In this document: positions 8,365 to 17,207 of the stretch, piece by piece
Numbering within the stretch: the first letter of the stretch is position 1
Layout: every line of letters begins with the position of its first letter
Assembly (NCBI GenBank): GCA_963765295.1
Contig: CAVXVO010000004.1
Location: forward strand, 349,059 to 413,058
Length of the DNA stretch: 64,000 nt
From: an uncultured Actinomycetes bacterium
GTDB taxonomy: Bacteria; Actinomycetota; Thermoleophilia; Gaiellales; Gaiellaceae
Direction: 5' to 3'
Notes under the pieces: model-generated
What the model was told of the DNA's origin: nothing
What the model saw: only the letters and a program-made list of their open reading frames with translations
The model's database searches: none
Translations under genes and position numbers: made by a program

Positions 8365-8832
8365 TCATTCGCGCGCGCGTACGTCCGGCCGGGAAGCCCG
8401 ACGGAGCGGCAACACGTACCAGATCAGGAGCACGGCGAACCCGATCACGCAGGTCGTGACGATCGCGACCGTCGCGCCGTAGAGCACCGAGGTCACGAGA
8501 TAGACAGCCGCTAGGACCCCGAGAGCGAGAAGCCCCGTCCCCAAGAGGAACAATCGGCCCGCGACCACGATGACGTCGGTCTTCCCGCCCCAGCCCCAGC
8601 GGAGCCGGTGGTAGACGGGCGGGGCCATCAACAGCAGCGTGCCTGCGACCGTGCTGATCAACGCGATGAAGAGCGCGGCCTTCTCCACGGCGTCGACCTG
8701 GCCAAATCGCGTGGCAAACGGAACCGCGAGCAGAAATGCGAGCAACACCTGCGCTCCCGGAAGTGCGACTCTGAGCTCGTTCAGGAGCTCTGTCAGCTGA
8801 CGGTCGCTGCGCTCTTTCGGTGTCTCGACCAT
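8365..8832 (-). CDS. DUF6328-like membrane protein
   Basis: 155 aa with ERSDRQLTELLNELRVALPGAQVLLAFLLAVPFATRF followed by further TM helices. Confidence 0.7.
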   Translation of the reverse strand: MVETPKERSDRQLTELLNELRVALPGAQVLLAFLLAVPFATRFGQVDAVEKAALFIALISTVAGTLLLMAPPVYHRLRWGWGGKTDVIVVAGRLFLLGTGLLALGVLAAVYLVTSVLYGATVAIVTTCVIGFAVLLIWYVLPLRRASRPDVRARE

Positions 8833-9085
8833 GGCACCGACTCGCGTGGACGGCTAGTGGGCCGCCGCGACGACTAGCTCGCTCGGGCGAAGGCGCCCTC
8901 GGCGCCGAGGCGCACGAGATCGCGAGGTAAATGCTCCTCGAACGACCGTGAACACCCGAGCTCCATCAGGCGGCGGATCGCCGGGCTCGGGCTGACTCAC
9001 GGAGATCGAAAATGCCATGCCGGGCCAGTACCCGAACCCCGAGCCGAGAAACCTATTCTGCGCTCGCCGGGCTCCCGCCCGAGAA

Positions 9086-9409
9086 TCAGGTCTCGGTTTC
9101 CTCAGCTTCCTCTGCCTGCTCGCCGGCCTCGACGATGTCGCCGCGGGTGAAGAGGATCTCCTTCAGCGCGGCGCGCCACTTGGGTGTCCGCCGGAGGAGG
9201 AACTCCAGGTCCATTCCGAAGTGCTTGAACTCCTCACCCTGGGCGTTCTCCATGATCGCTTTGGCGTCGTCGTCTTGCTCGAGTGCGATTCGTTGCTGGT
9301 ACCAGCCGATTGCCTCTGCCTCCTCGGTGAGCGAAGCGATCATGCGCGCGAAGGTGCGGTCTTCGGCCGAAAGCTCCTCGGGCGGCTCGTGGTATTGGTC
9401 GAATCCCAT
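9086..9409 (-). CDS. encapsulated-ferritin-like (EncFtn family) small ferritin-like protein
   Basis: 107 aa. The E30-x6-Y37 ... E60-x2-H63 spacing (EAEAIGWY ... EEFKH) matches the di-iron site pattern of encapsulated ferritins. The tail is acidic with no recognisable cargo-loading peptide. Confidence 0.65.
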   Translation of the reverse strand: MGFDQYHEPPEELSAEDRTFARMIASLTEEAEAIGWYQQRIALEQDDDAKAIMENAQGEEFKHFGMDLEFLLRRTPKWRAALKEILFTRGDIVEAGEQAEEAEETET

Positions 9410-10072
9410 GCGTTGCTCCTCTCCATCGCAGACGATCGTCGTCGCGGCCCGTCGGTCGAGTTGCGGGGCCGGCCGAAGGACTGAACTCGCGTGCCCGGAC
9501 TCGGCGCGGAAAGCCGGGACGACGATCCACGGGGTCTACTGCCCGGCGTGCTCGAGCTGGATCAAAAAGTCGAAGGGTGATCCAGAAGAAGTTCCCGCGG
9601 CTCGGTCATTCCAGACATGCGAGTGCTCCCGTCCCATCAGTCAAGACTTCGGCTGCACGGCCTCCAAACCCGAGATCACGAAGAGAACGCTCTCTCTCCA
9701 CAACCGACCAGCGCCACACACGGAGCGGTAGCGAAGGTGAGCGTACGCACCTTTCCACTCGGCATCGCCTACGGCGCCGGGCGCTCTACGGGCAATCGAC
9801 GTACACGGCAACCTGCTCCACGTGGATCCGCGCACAGCTTGCATCGTGAAGAGCATCACGCTCCGTCCAGCCGTCCGCTCGGCAATCACCGGCGGCAACG
9901 ACACGGGCTGGGTCGCTGTCCAAGAGCCAACTTGATCAGGGATCGAGCCCGGGCCTGGCGGCGAGCGCCTGCGACAGAGGTGGGGGTTCGTCCCCGAGTC
10001 TTGTTCGAGCTCTCTCTGAGTCCATCAGGAGCTTCAGCCCGAGTACGCCGCGGGAGGTAGCCTCGTTTTTCG

Positions 10073-10615
10073 GTGTCCATCGCTCTTCCCATCGAGACGG
10101 AGCGCTTGGTGGTGCGTGCGTTTGCGCCTGCTGCCGACTGCGAGCAGATGCTGGAGGTCTACGGCGACGCCGAGGTCATGAGGTTCATTCCGGGTGGAGC
10201 GCTGCCCGACATCACGGCTGTGCTCGCGCTCCTCGCGGTCTACGCGAGGCGACAGCAGCGTCTCGGTTTCAGCTCTTGGGCGGTTGTCGAGCGAGAGAGT
10301 CAGCTTCTGATCGGCGATGTCGGCTTCGGCATCTTCCAGCCCACCGGCGACATCGAGCTGGGTTACACGCTTGCCCGTGACTACTGGGGTCGAGGGTACG
10401 CAAGCGAGGCAGCGAGAGCCTGTCTAGCAACAGCGCTCACCGATCTCGATGCTCCGCGAATCATCGTTGTGGTGGATGAAGAGAACGAAGCCTCGGGCCG
10501 CGTCGCCGAGCGGATCGGGATGGTAAGGATCGAAGCCATCGAGGCGCACGGACGCCCTCATCACGTCTTCGCCGCGACTCAGGCGACTCGCGACCGAACG
10601 GCCGCACAGCTCTAG
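10073..10615 (+). CDS. GNAT family N-acetyltransferase (RimJ/RimL-like)
   Basis: 180 aa with GTG start. Motifs seen: IETERLVVRAF, WAVVERESQLLIGDVGF and YWGRGYASEAARA. Confidence 0.85.
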   Translation: MSIALPIETERLVVRAFAPAADCEQMLEVYGDAEVMRFIPGGALPDITAVLALLAVYARRQQRLGFSSWAVVERESQLLIGDVGFGIFQPTGDIELGYTLARDYWGRGYASEAARACLATALTDLDAPRIIVVVDEENEASGRVAERIGMVRIEAIEAHGRPHHVFAATQATRDRTAAQL

Positions 10616-11016
10616 GAGTCGGCCCACCAGTCGCGCTGGCCATCGACGTCGTCGCGCTGAGCCTCGCCGAGATTGGGCGCGCCGATGACGAGGATCTCGA
10701 GGCCGTCCGGCCCGGCTTCGTAGCCTCGCCACGTGCCGGGCGGGACGCGCACCGCATCCCATTGCTCGAGCTCGACGATCTCGTCGTCGACCTTCATCCG
10801 TCCGCTCCCGCGCACGACCACGTACACCTCTTCTTGCGTCCTGTGCGTGTGGCCGTACGGAAAGCGATAGCCGGGCGGGACGCGCTGGTAGCACAGGCCG
10901 GATTGCTCGAGCTCGAGCGCCTGCGTCGCCATGCGGAACTCCAGGTCCGGCGCGCCGTCGAACTTCGGGCCGACGTCCTCCAGATCCGCCCTGAGGTTCC
11001 TGACCGTGAACGGCAC
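10612..11016 (-). CDS. cupin domain protein
   Basis: 134 aa with the cupin motif GHTHRTQEEVYVVVRGSG...V and a second motif with PPG. It is convergent with, and overlaps, the GNAT stop. Confidence 0.8.
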   Translation of the reverse strand: MPFTVRNLRADLEDVGPKFDGAPDLEFRMATQALELEQSGLCYQRVPPGYRFPYGHTHRTQEEVYVVVRGSGRMKVDDEIVELEQWDAVRVPPGTWRGYEAGPDGLEILVIGAPNLGEAQRDDVDGQRDWWADS

Positions 11017-11239
11017 GGCCCAATCCTATGGCGCCGAATCCGCGCCTGGGGTTGTCCCGAGCTTAGGCCACCGCCGCCTAGCCTCACCGTCATGACTCGT
11101 GTTCCCGCCGCCCAGAGCTCGCCGGAACCGTCCGTGCAGCAGCGGTCGAGCACAGCCAGTAACCACGCCCACTGACAACGAGTCCCGCGCTCCCCTTCCC
11201 GGGCGCGGGACTCACCCGTGCCTGGCGTAGGCTCATCGG

Positions 11240-11626
11240 GTGCGGATCGACAAGTGGTTGTGGGCGGCTCGGTTCTTCAAGACACGCACCGCGGCGACGG
11301 ACGCTGTCTCGGCCGGTCACGTGCGCGTCAACGGCGTGCGGGCGAAGCCGGCGAAGGAGGTCAGCGTCTCCGACACGGTCGTGGTCAGGCTTGGCGAGCT
11401 CGAGCGGACGGTGACGGTGACCGGGCTGGCCGAGAGGCGCAGCTCGGCCAAGGTCGCAGCGTCGCTGTACGTGGAGACTCCGGAGTCGATCGCGAGCCGT
11501 GAGCGGGCCATGCAGGAGCGTCGTCTCGCACGTCCGCTGGGAGCCGATCTTGGTGTGCGGCCGACGAAGCAGGCGCGCCGGCGCCTCGACGCGCTCCGCC
11601 GCTCGCAGCGGGACCGGCGGCGTTGA
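11240..11626 (+). CDS. hslR: S4-domain RNA-binding protein, heat-shock protein 15-like
   Basis: 128 aa. MRIDKWLWAARFFKTRTAATDAVSAGHVRVNG is the classic Hsp15/S4 N-terminus. The C-terminal tail is basic. Confidence 0.8.
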   Translation: MRIDKWLWAARFFKTRTAATDAVSAGHVRVNGVRAKPAKEVSVSDTVVVRLGELERTVTVTGLAERRSSAKVAASLYVETPESIASRERAMQERRLARPLGADLGVRPTKQARRRLDALRRSQRDRRR

Positions 11627-11682
11627 GTGGCGGCTAACCGGTTCCGCGCGACCTACTGCTCGCACGACCGAGCAGCGCGTCG

Positions 11683-12348
11683 CTAGGTGAACAGGCCGAT
11701 CAGTCCGCGGGCGATGAAGACCGCGCCGATCGCCGCGAAGACCCCTGCGACGATGCCGGTGTTGTTCCGCGTCATCCAGGTGCGCATCGCGGAGAGGCGT
11801 CGCTCGGAGCTCGCGCGGTTCGTGTAGTAGACGACGATGATCGCGGCCACGCCGAGCGTCGAGAGCACTGCGTAGAAGAGGTACGCGAGGGTCGCGTCGG
11901 TGCGGCTCAGCCCGGCCGCGGCGACGGCGAGCGCCGCGTCTACGACGAACACGAGGTTCACCCAGAACATCCCGAAGCCGAAGGCGACGATCGGTCGCAT
12001 TCGATCGAGCGCGGCCAGCCACTTCGGCTCGGCGGCGGTTGGATCGACGGCGACCCGTCCCTTCCATTTCCGGGTCGCCAGAAGGAGCAGGAGGACACCG
12101 AGGGCGAGTTGCACCGCGAGCATCGCGTTCGTGGCCGACTCACCAGGATTCGTGTGCGCCCCCCTGTAGACCCCGATGACGAGCGCGCCGACGAGGAGGA
12201 TCGAAGTGACCCAGCCGGCCACGAACGCGATCGCGCCCCGCGGGCCGGACTTCGCGCCGAGCAGGACGATCACCGCGACGATCCCCCACGGCGTGACGGA
12301 CGTGAGCAGGCCGAGCGCCAGCAGGTGCAGCAGGAGTTGCCGGCTCAC
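11683..12348 (-). CDS. GAP-family (DUF2910-like) polytopic membrane protein
   Basis: 221 aa with about 6 predicted TM helices. It overlaps the upstream SagB-type gene by 4 nt. Confidence 0.6.
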   Translation of the reverse strand: MSRQLLLHLLALGLLTSVTPWGIVAVIVLLGAKSGPRGAIAFVAGWVTSILLVGALVIGVYRGAHTNPGESATNAMLAVQLALGVLLLLLATRKWKGRVAVDPTAAEPKWLAALDRMRPIVAFGFGMFWVNLVFVVDAALAVAAAGLSRTDATLAYLFYAVLSTLGVAAIIVVYYTNRASSERRLSAMRTWMTRNNTGIVAGVFAAIGAVFIARGLIGLFT

Positions 12349-13799
12349 CGGCCGGCCGGATCGTGCAGGCGTCTCGGCTCGCCGGGCGCGCCGCCGGCCC
12401 GGTTGCGATAAGTCGGCACGCCGACGCAGGTGAAGATCAGGCCGATCAGCGGCTCGCCCACGAGCCCGGGGATCTCGGAGTCGAGGAAGGTCATCCCCGA
12501 AGCACCGATCCCGAGCGCATAGGCGGCCAGGTGCAGGCGGCCCTCGACGATCCCCGCGTCGAGCTGGGCCTCGCGGTAACCGCGATCGTCGAGCCGCTCG
12601 GCGTCGGCCGCGGCGATCACGACGAAGGCCGCGTCACGCCCGAGGTCCTGGTCGACGCAGACGCGGAACAGCTCGCCGCGCAGGTCGCCACTGCGAGTCG
12701 GCGTTGCGAGGTCGGGCCAGCGGTAGAGGCCAGGCCCCAGCCCGTCGACGGCGTGGACCGCGATGAAGTGCGGCACCCGGCTCCCACGCAGCGCTGCGGC
12801 GAGCGACCACTCGAAGACGTCGCGCGCGACCGAGCGGGAGGCGTCCATGATCCGCGTCGAGCCGCGCTGCAGGATCACCTCGTCGAGGCCGGCGGACGGC
12901 GGCGGTTCACCCTCGAGCGGCGCGCCCGCAGGCCACGGGTCGCCGAGCCTGTCGCCGTCGCCGGCGTGCTGCGCCTGCGTGACGAGCGGGAACTCGATCG
13001 GCGGCCGGCTGTCGACCGCGCCGACGGCGGCCTCGCCCGTCGAGCGAATCGCCGGCTCGCCGTCGCCGAGCGTCACGATCGCCACCGGGAACTCCTGCGT
13101 TCCGTCGGCGCCGACGAGCCGCGTCACGGCGGCGTCCGGGAAGACCGTGCGCAGGCGCGGGGCCAGGCCCGCATCGTCCGCCACCACGAGCGTCTGCGCC
13201 AGCATCGTCCCCGCGTCCCAGTAGATGTGGCGGAAGCCGCGCTCGGAGTAGCGCCAGCCGGTGCGCCAGGGGAGTCCCGTGACGACGAGCGTCGTCCTCT
13301 CGCCCCCCGGCGGCGGGCCGATCTGGAGCAGCGCGTGATTCGGGGGATCGAACCAGTGCACGCCGTCGGGAAGGCCCTCGACGCCACGCGCTGCGACGTA
13401 GAGGTCGAGCGGGAAGCGGCCGCCGGCCGATCCCGCCGCACGAAAGAGGTAGCGCCGCCCGTCCGCACGCTCGGTCGTCCGGACGACGCCGGCCGACAGG
13501 TGGAGGAGGCGCGCGAGGCGGGCAAGGTCGAGCGTGCCCGGCGGCGACGAGCTCCGGCCGGCGAGAACGGAGGTGGTCGTGCTCCCGCCGGGAGGCCAGC
13601 TGCGCGGCAGCTCGACGGCCGGGAGCCCGGGCGGGTAGGCCTTGCAGAGCGCCGGGAACGTCGCCAGATCGTTCGCAACGAAATCCTGCAGCACGCGCGG
13701 GTCGTCGACCGGCGTCACCCAGTCGTTCGCGGGATCCCACGAGACCAGGTCGTACGAAGTCAGGCGATGGTAGAGACGCGCGGTGTCCCCGGGGGCCAT
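12345..13799 (-). CDS. SagB/ThcOx-type dehydrogenase (double nitroreductase-fold)
   Basis: 484 aa. The N-terminal LYHRLTSY motif is typical of SagB-type proteins. A C-terminal nitroreductase-like half is present (GIVEGRLHLAAYALGIGASGMTF). Confidence 0.75.
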   Translation of the reverse strand: MAPGDTARLYHRLTSYDLVSWDPANDWVTPVDDPRVLQDFVANDLATFPALCKAYPPGLPAVELPRSWPPGGSTTTSVLAGRSSSPPGTLDLARLARLLHLSAGVVRTTERADGRRYLFRAAGSAGGRFPLDLYVAARGVEGLPDGVHWFDPPNHALLQIGPPPGGERTTLVVTGLPWRTGWRYSERGFRHIYWDAGTMLAQTLVVADDAGLAPRLRTVFPDAAVTRLVGADGTQEFPVAIVTLGDGEPAIRSTGEAAVGAVDSRPPIEFPLVTQAQHAGDGDRLGDPWPAGAPLEGEPPPSAGLDEVILQRGSTRIMDASRSVARDVFEWSLAAALRGSRVPHFIAVHAVDGLGPGLYRWPDLATPTRSGDLRGELFRVCVDQDLGRDAAFVVIAAADAERLDDRGYREAQLDAGIVEGRLHLAAYALGIGASGMTFLDSEIPGLVGEPLIGLIFTCVGVPTYRNRAGGAPGEPRRLHDPAGR

Positions 13800-13819
13800 T
13801 GACGAGAGTCTTCCAGCCC

Positions 13820-15136
13820 TCAGCCTTCGATGAGCTTCTCGATCGGCGGCGGCGCCCAGTCTCCGTCGACGACCTCCTCCCCGGGCCAGTAGATGCGGAG
13901 GATGAGGTTGAAGGGACCGGCCGGTGCCGGAAGCCAGTTCGACTCACGCCCGGCGCCCGGCGATTCGCGCTGGATCCAGAGGTCGAGCGAGCCGTCCGCG
14001 TCGAACGCAAGCGAGTCACGGTCGCCGATCGCGTACCGGTCGAGCGGGTTGTCGACGAAGTACTGGTGCTCGTCGTACATCGTGAGCGACCAGAAGGCGC
14101 GTGCGGGCGGTGTCTGCCCGGCCTCGAAATGGATGCGATAGCGCCGGGCACCGTTCAGCGGATCTCCGTCGCCGTCGATCGACGTGTGGGGATAGACAGC
14201 GTCCTCGGTGAGATTGGCGCCGAGACCGATGAGGGCGACGAACGCGCGCAGGCCGTAGTCGGTGCCGTAGGAGCCGAGCCCGCGCGTCATCGACCAGCCG
14301 TTCACGGCCTCGCCCGGCTGGCGAACCTGCGCCCTGAGCCCGGCCAGAGCGGCCTTCACTCCCTGGTCGAGGGCATCGCTCAGCTCGAGGCTCGGCTCGA
14401 AGGATCCTGGTCGCAGCCCGATCGACGCGAAGCGCTCCATCGCCGGCGTATCCGCCGCCGCCGGAGGGTTGTCGACCATGAGGGCCGCAAGCCGCTCGAA
14501 GAACGTCGCCGCGTCCATGCGCTCGACCTGAGCGGGGGGCGGCGTCTCCACGTCGACGTCGGGATCGATCGGCACCTCGGGCGGTGAGTAGTCGCTACCC
14601 CAGGCCGAGAGCGGAACGAGCGAGAGCTGGTCCTGGAAACGGTGCACGCTCTCGTAGTCGTCCTTACCGTTCGTCTGCGTCCGCCCGATCAGCCAGGCCA
14701 TGGCCGTCGGGGAGCGGAGCTCCTGGACGTCCGACGGGAGCTGCCCCTCCCACGTCGGGCCGACGATCGCGAACGCGCCCTCGCCGTCTCCGGTTGTGCG
14801 CGTACCCGGCGAGGCGAACACGTCTGTCCAGCCGGACAGGATCGGCAGGAGGTAGTAGCGGCCCCCGGACGCGGGCACGCCCAGCACGACCGGCTCGTCG
14901 GACAGGTCGAGCACGGCGGTCGAGTACAACGTGTCCGCGTTCGGACTGACGACCGCGGTGAACGACGCGTCGGGGAAGGCCCGCGCGTGCGCGAGCTGGT
15001 TGACGTGCTCCTTCCCGAACATCCCGTCCGTGTTCAGGGTCACCGCGCGCGTCACGTCCATGAGCACGAGCGGGTACCCGAACACGAACGCCTCCGCCGC
15101 CACGATTCGTGCCTCGTCGGGCGTGATCCCGGCCAT
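13820..15136 (-). CDS. DUF1254/DUF1214 domain protein
   Basis: 438 aa with AEAFVFGYPLVLMDVTR (DUF1254 start) and FWSLTMYD...NPLDRY...NWLPAP (DUF1214). Confidence 0.85.
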   Translation of the reverse strand: MAGITPDEARIVAAEAFVFGYPLVLMDVTRAVTLNTDGMFGKEHVNQLAHARAFPDASFTAVVSPNADTLYSTAVLDLSDEPVVLGVPASGGRYYLLPILSGWTDVFASPGTRTTGDGEGAFAIVGPTWEGQLPSDVQELRSPTAMAWLIGRTQTNGKDDYESVHRFQDQLSLVPLSAWGSDYSPPEVPIDPDVDVETPPPAQVERMDAATFFERLAALMVDNPPAAADTPAMERFASIGLRPGSFEPSLELSDALDQGVKAALAGLRAQVRQPGEAVNGWSMTRGLGSYGTDYGLRAFVALIGLGANLTEDAVYPHTSIDGDGDPLNGARRYRIHFEAGQTPPARAFWSLTMYDEHQYFVDNPLDRYAIGDRDSLAFDADGSLDLWIQRESPGAGRESNWLPAPAGPFNLILRIYWPGEEVVDGDWAPPPIEKLIEG

Positions 15137-15190
15137 GCGAGCCTCCTGTCGTCGAGAGGCGGGATCGTGCCAGATCGTCTCGCGGACCGG

Positions 15191-15664
15191 CTATGCCTCC
15201 CCGGCGGCGCGCTCGAGCTCGGCGATCTCGATCTTCCGCATGCCGAGCATCGCCTTCATCGCGCGCTGCGCCCGCCCGGGGTCGAGGTCCCCGAGGAGCT
15301 CCTCGAGCCGCGTCGGCACGACCTGCCACGAGAGGCCGAAGCGGTCCTTGAGCCAGCCGCAGGGGCCCTCTTCCCCGCCCTCGGAGAGCTTGCTCCAGTA
15401 CCTGTCGACCTCCTCCTGGCTCTCGCAGTGGACCTGGAACGAGATCGCCTCGCTGAAGCTGTACTCGGGCCCGCCGTTCAGCGCCAGGAACTCCTGGCCG
15501 TCGAGCTCGAAGCTCACGGTCATCACGGTTCCGGCGGGGCGCGGGCCTGCCTCGCCGTAACGCGCAACGTGGAGGATCCGCGAGTTCGGGAACACCGACG
15601 TGTAGAACGTCGCCGCCTCTTCGCCTTCCGTGTCGAACCACAGGCAGGGAGTCAAGTCGCGCAT
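15191..15664 (-). CDS. VOC-superfamily protein (PhnB / 3-demethylubiquinone-9 methyltransferase-domain type)
   Basis: I chose the internal ATG at 15664. MRDLTPCLWFDTEGEEAATFYTSVFPNS... and CGWLKDRFGLSWQVVP are family hallmarks. Confidence 0.85.
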   Translation of the reverse strand: MRDLTPCLWFDTEGEEAATFYTSVFPNSRILHVARYGEAGPRPAGTVMTVSFELDGQEFLALNGGPEYSFSEAISFQVHCESQEEVDRYWSKLSEGGEEGPCGWLKDRFGLSWQVVPTRLEELLGDLDPGRAQRAMKAMLGMRKIEIAELERAAGEA

Positions 15665-15770
15665 GTCCGTCCTTTCCGGTCGTGGTCGTCGCGGTGTAGA
15701 CCGTCGCGACGGTGCCGGCTCATCGGCCTCTAGACTGACCGGCTGTCCGCGAGGAGGTGAGCTGACGCAG

Positions 15771-17198
15771 GTGAGCGGGGGTGCTTCACGCAGAGCAGGG
15801 CGGCAGGTGCACCTCTCTCCTTCGGAGCGCTCGGCCCGCGGGAGGGCGGCGCGCAAGGAGGCGCCGCGGCGGGCGCACGGCGAGTGGGAGCCGGCGGCGG
15901 ACCGCCTCGACCCGATCGAGCTGCTCGAACGGCAGTCGGAGACCCGGGTGCCCGAGCTGGTGCCGATCCGCTACGGGCGAATGCTCGACTCGCCGTTCGC
16001 GTTCTTCCGCGGCGGCGCGGCGATCATGGCCGCCGATCTCGCGGACACCACTGCCTCGGGGTTCAACACGCAGCTCTGCGGCGACGCTCACCTCTCCAAC
16101 TTCGGCATCTTCGCCACGCCGGAGCGGAAGCTCGTCTTCGACATCAACGACTTCGACGAGACGCACAGCGGCCCGTGGGAGTGGGACGTGAAGCGGCTCG
16201 CCGCGAGCCTCGCCGTCGCCGCCCGGGAGGATGGATACGGGCGGAAGCCGCGGGCGGCGATCGTCACGGCGGCCGCGAACGAGTACCGGACAGCGATGAG
16301 ATCCCTCGCGAAGGAGCGAAGCCTGAAGGTCTGGTACTCGCACCTGGAGGTCGACAAGCTGATGGCACGGGTGCGCCGTGAGTTCGCCGCCCGCCGGCTC
16401 ACCCAGGTCGAGGCCGACGTCAGGAAGGCGCTGACGAAGGACAGCCTGCGCGCCTTCTCGAAGCTGACCGGGATCGTCGACGGGGAGCGCCGGATCATCG
16501 ACGACCCGCCGCTGATCATCTCGATCGAGCAGCTCCTCGAGGGGGAGGACTGGCGCCAGATCGACGACGAGATCCGCGCGATGGTGCAGCGGTACCGCCG
16601 TTCGCTGACCCTCGATCGACGCGACTTGCTCGACCAGTACCGGTTGGTCCACATCGCGCACAAGGTGGTCGGGGTCGGCAGCGTCGGCACGCGGGCATGG
16701 ATCGCGCTGTTCGTCGGCCGCGACGAGTCCGATCCGCTCATCCTCCAGGTCAAGGAGGCCCAGCCGTCGGTGCTCGAGCCGTTCACCGGGGCCAGCAAGT
16801 TCCGAAACCACGGCGAGCGGATCGTCACAGGGCAGCGCCGGATGCAGGCGGCAAGCGACCCGTTCCTCGGCTGGACGCACATCGCGCGCTCTCTGGACGG
16901 CGTTTCCCGCGACTACTACGTCCGGCAACTCTGGGACTGGAAGGGGAGCGCGACGATCGAGGGGATGAGCGTCGAGGGGCTCGCGCGGTACGGGCGCACG
17001 TGCGGCTGGACGCTCGCCCGCGCCCACGCGCGCTCCGGCGACCGGATTGCGATCGCGTCCTATCTCGGCAACGGGGACGCGTTCGACCGGGCGCTCGTGT
17101 CGTTCGCAGAGGCCTACGCCGACCAGAACGAGCGCGACTATGCGGCGCTCGCCGACGCCGCCGTCTCGGGACGCGTCCTGGCATACCAGGGGTTCTAG
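15771..17198 (+). CDS. DUF2252 domain protein
   Basis: Family signatures DPIELLERQSETRVPELVPIRYGRMLDSPFAFFRGGA and GDAHLSNFG. The start is uncertain; I chose GTG at 15771, 13 nt after GAGGAGG, while the track ORF starts at 15630. Confidence 0.8.
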   Translation: MSGGASRRAGRQVHLSPSERSARGRAARKEAPRRAHGEWEPAADRLDPIELLERQSETRVPELVPIRYGRMLDSPFAFFRGGAAIMAADLADTTASGFNTQLCGDAHLSNFGIFATPERKLVFDINDFDETHSGPWEWDVKRLAASLAVAAREDGYGRKPRAAIVTAAANEYRTAMRSLAKERSLKVWYSHLEVDKLMARVRREFAARRLTQVEADVRKALTKDSLRAFSKLTGIVDGERRIIDDPPLIISIEQLLEGEDWRQIDDEIRAMVQRYRRSLTLDRRDLLDQYRLVHIAHKVVGVGSVGTRAWIALFVGRDESDPLILQVKEAQPSVLEPFTGASKFRNHGERIVTGQRRMQAASDPFLGWTHIARSLDGVSRDYYVRQLWDWKGSATIEGMSVEGLARYGRTCGWTLARAHARSGDRIAIASYLGNGDAFDRALVSFAEAYADQNERDYAALADAAVSGRVLAYQGF

Positions 17199-17207
17199 AG
17201 GCCGGCG

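Noticed and set aside
12363-14151. Long ORFs 12363..13802 (+), 12907..14151 (-), 14642..15733 (+) and 14664..15641 (-)
   Set aside because: They are antisense or out of frame to the SagB-type, DUF1254/1214 and VOC genes. Their composition is dominated by Arg/Gly/Pro/Asp, and no motifs were recognised.
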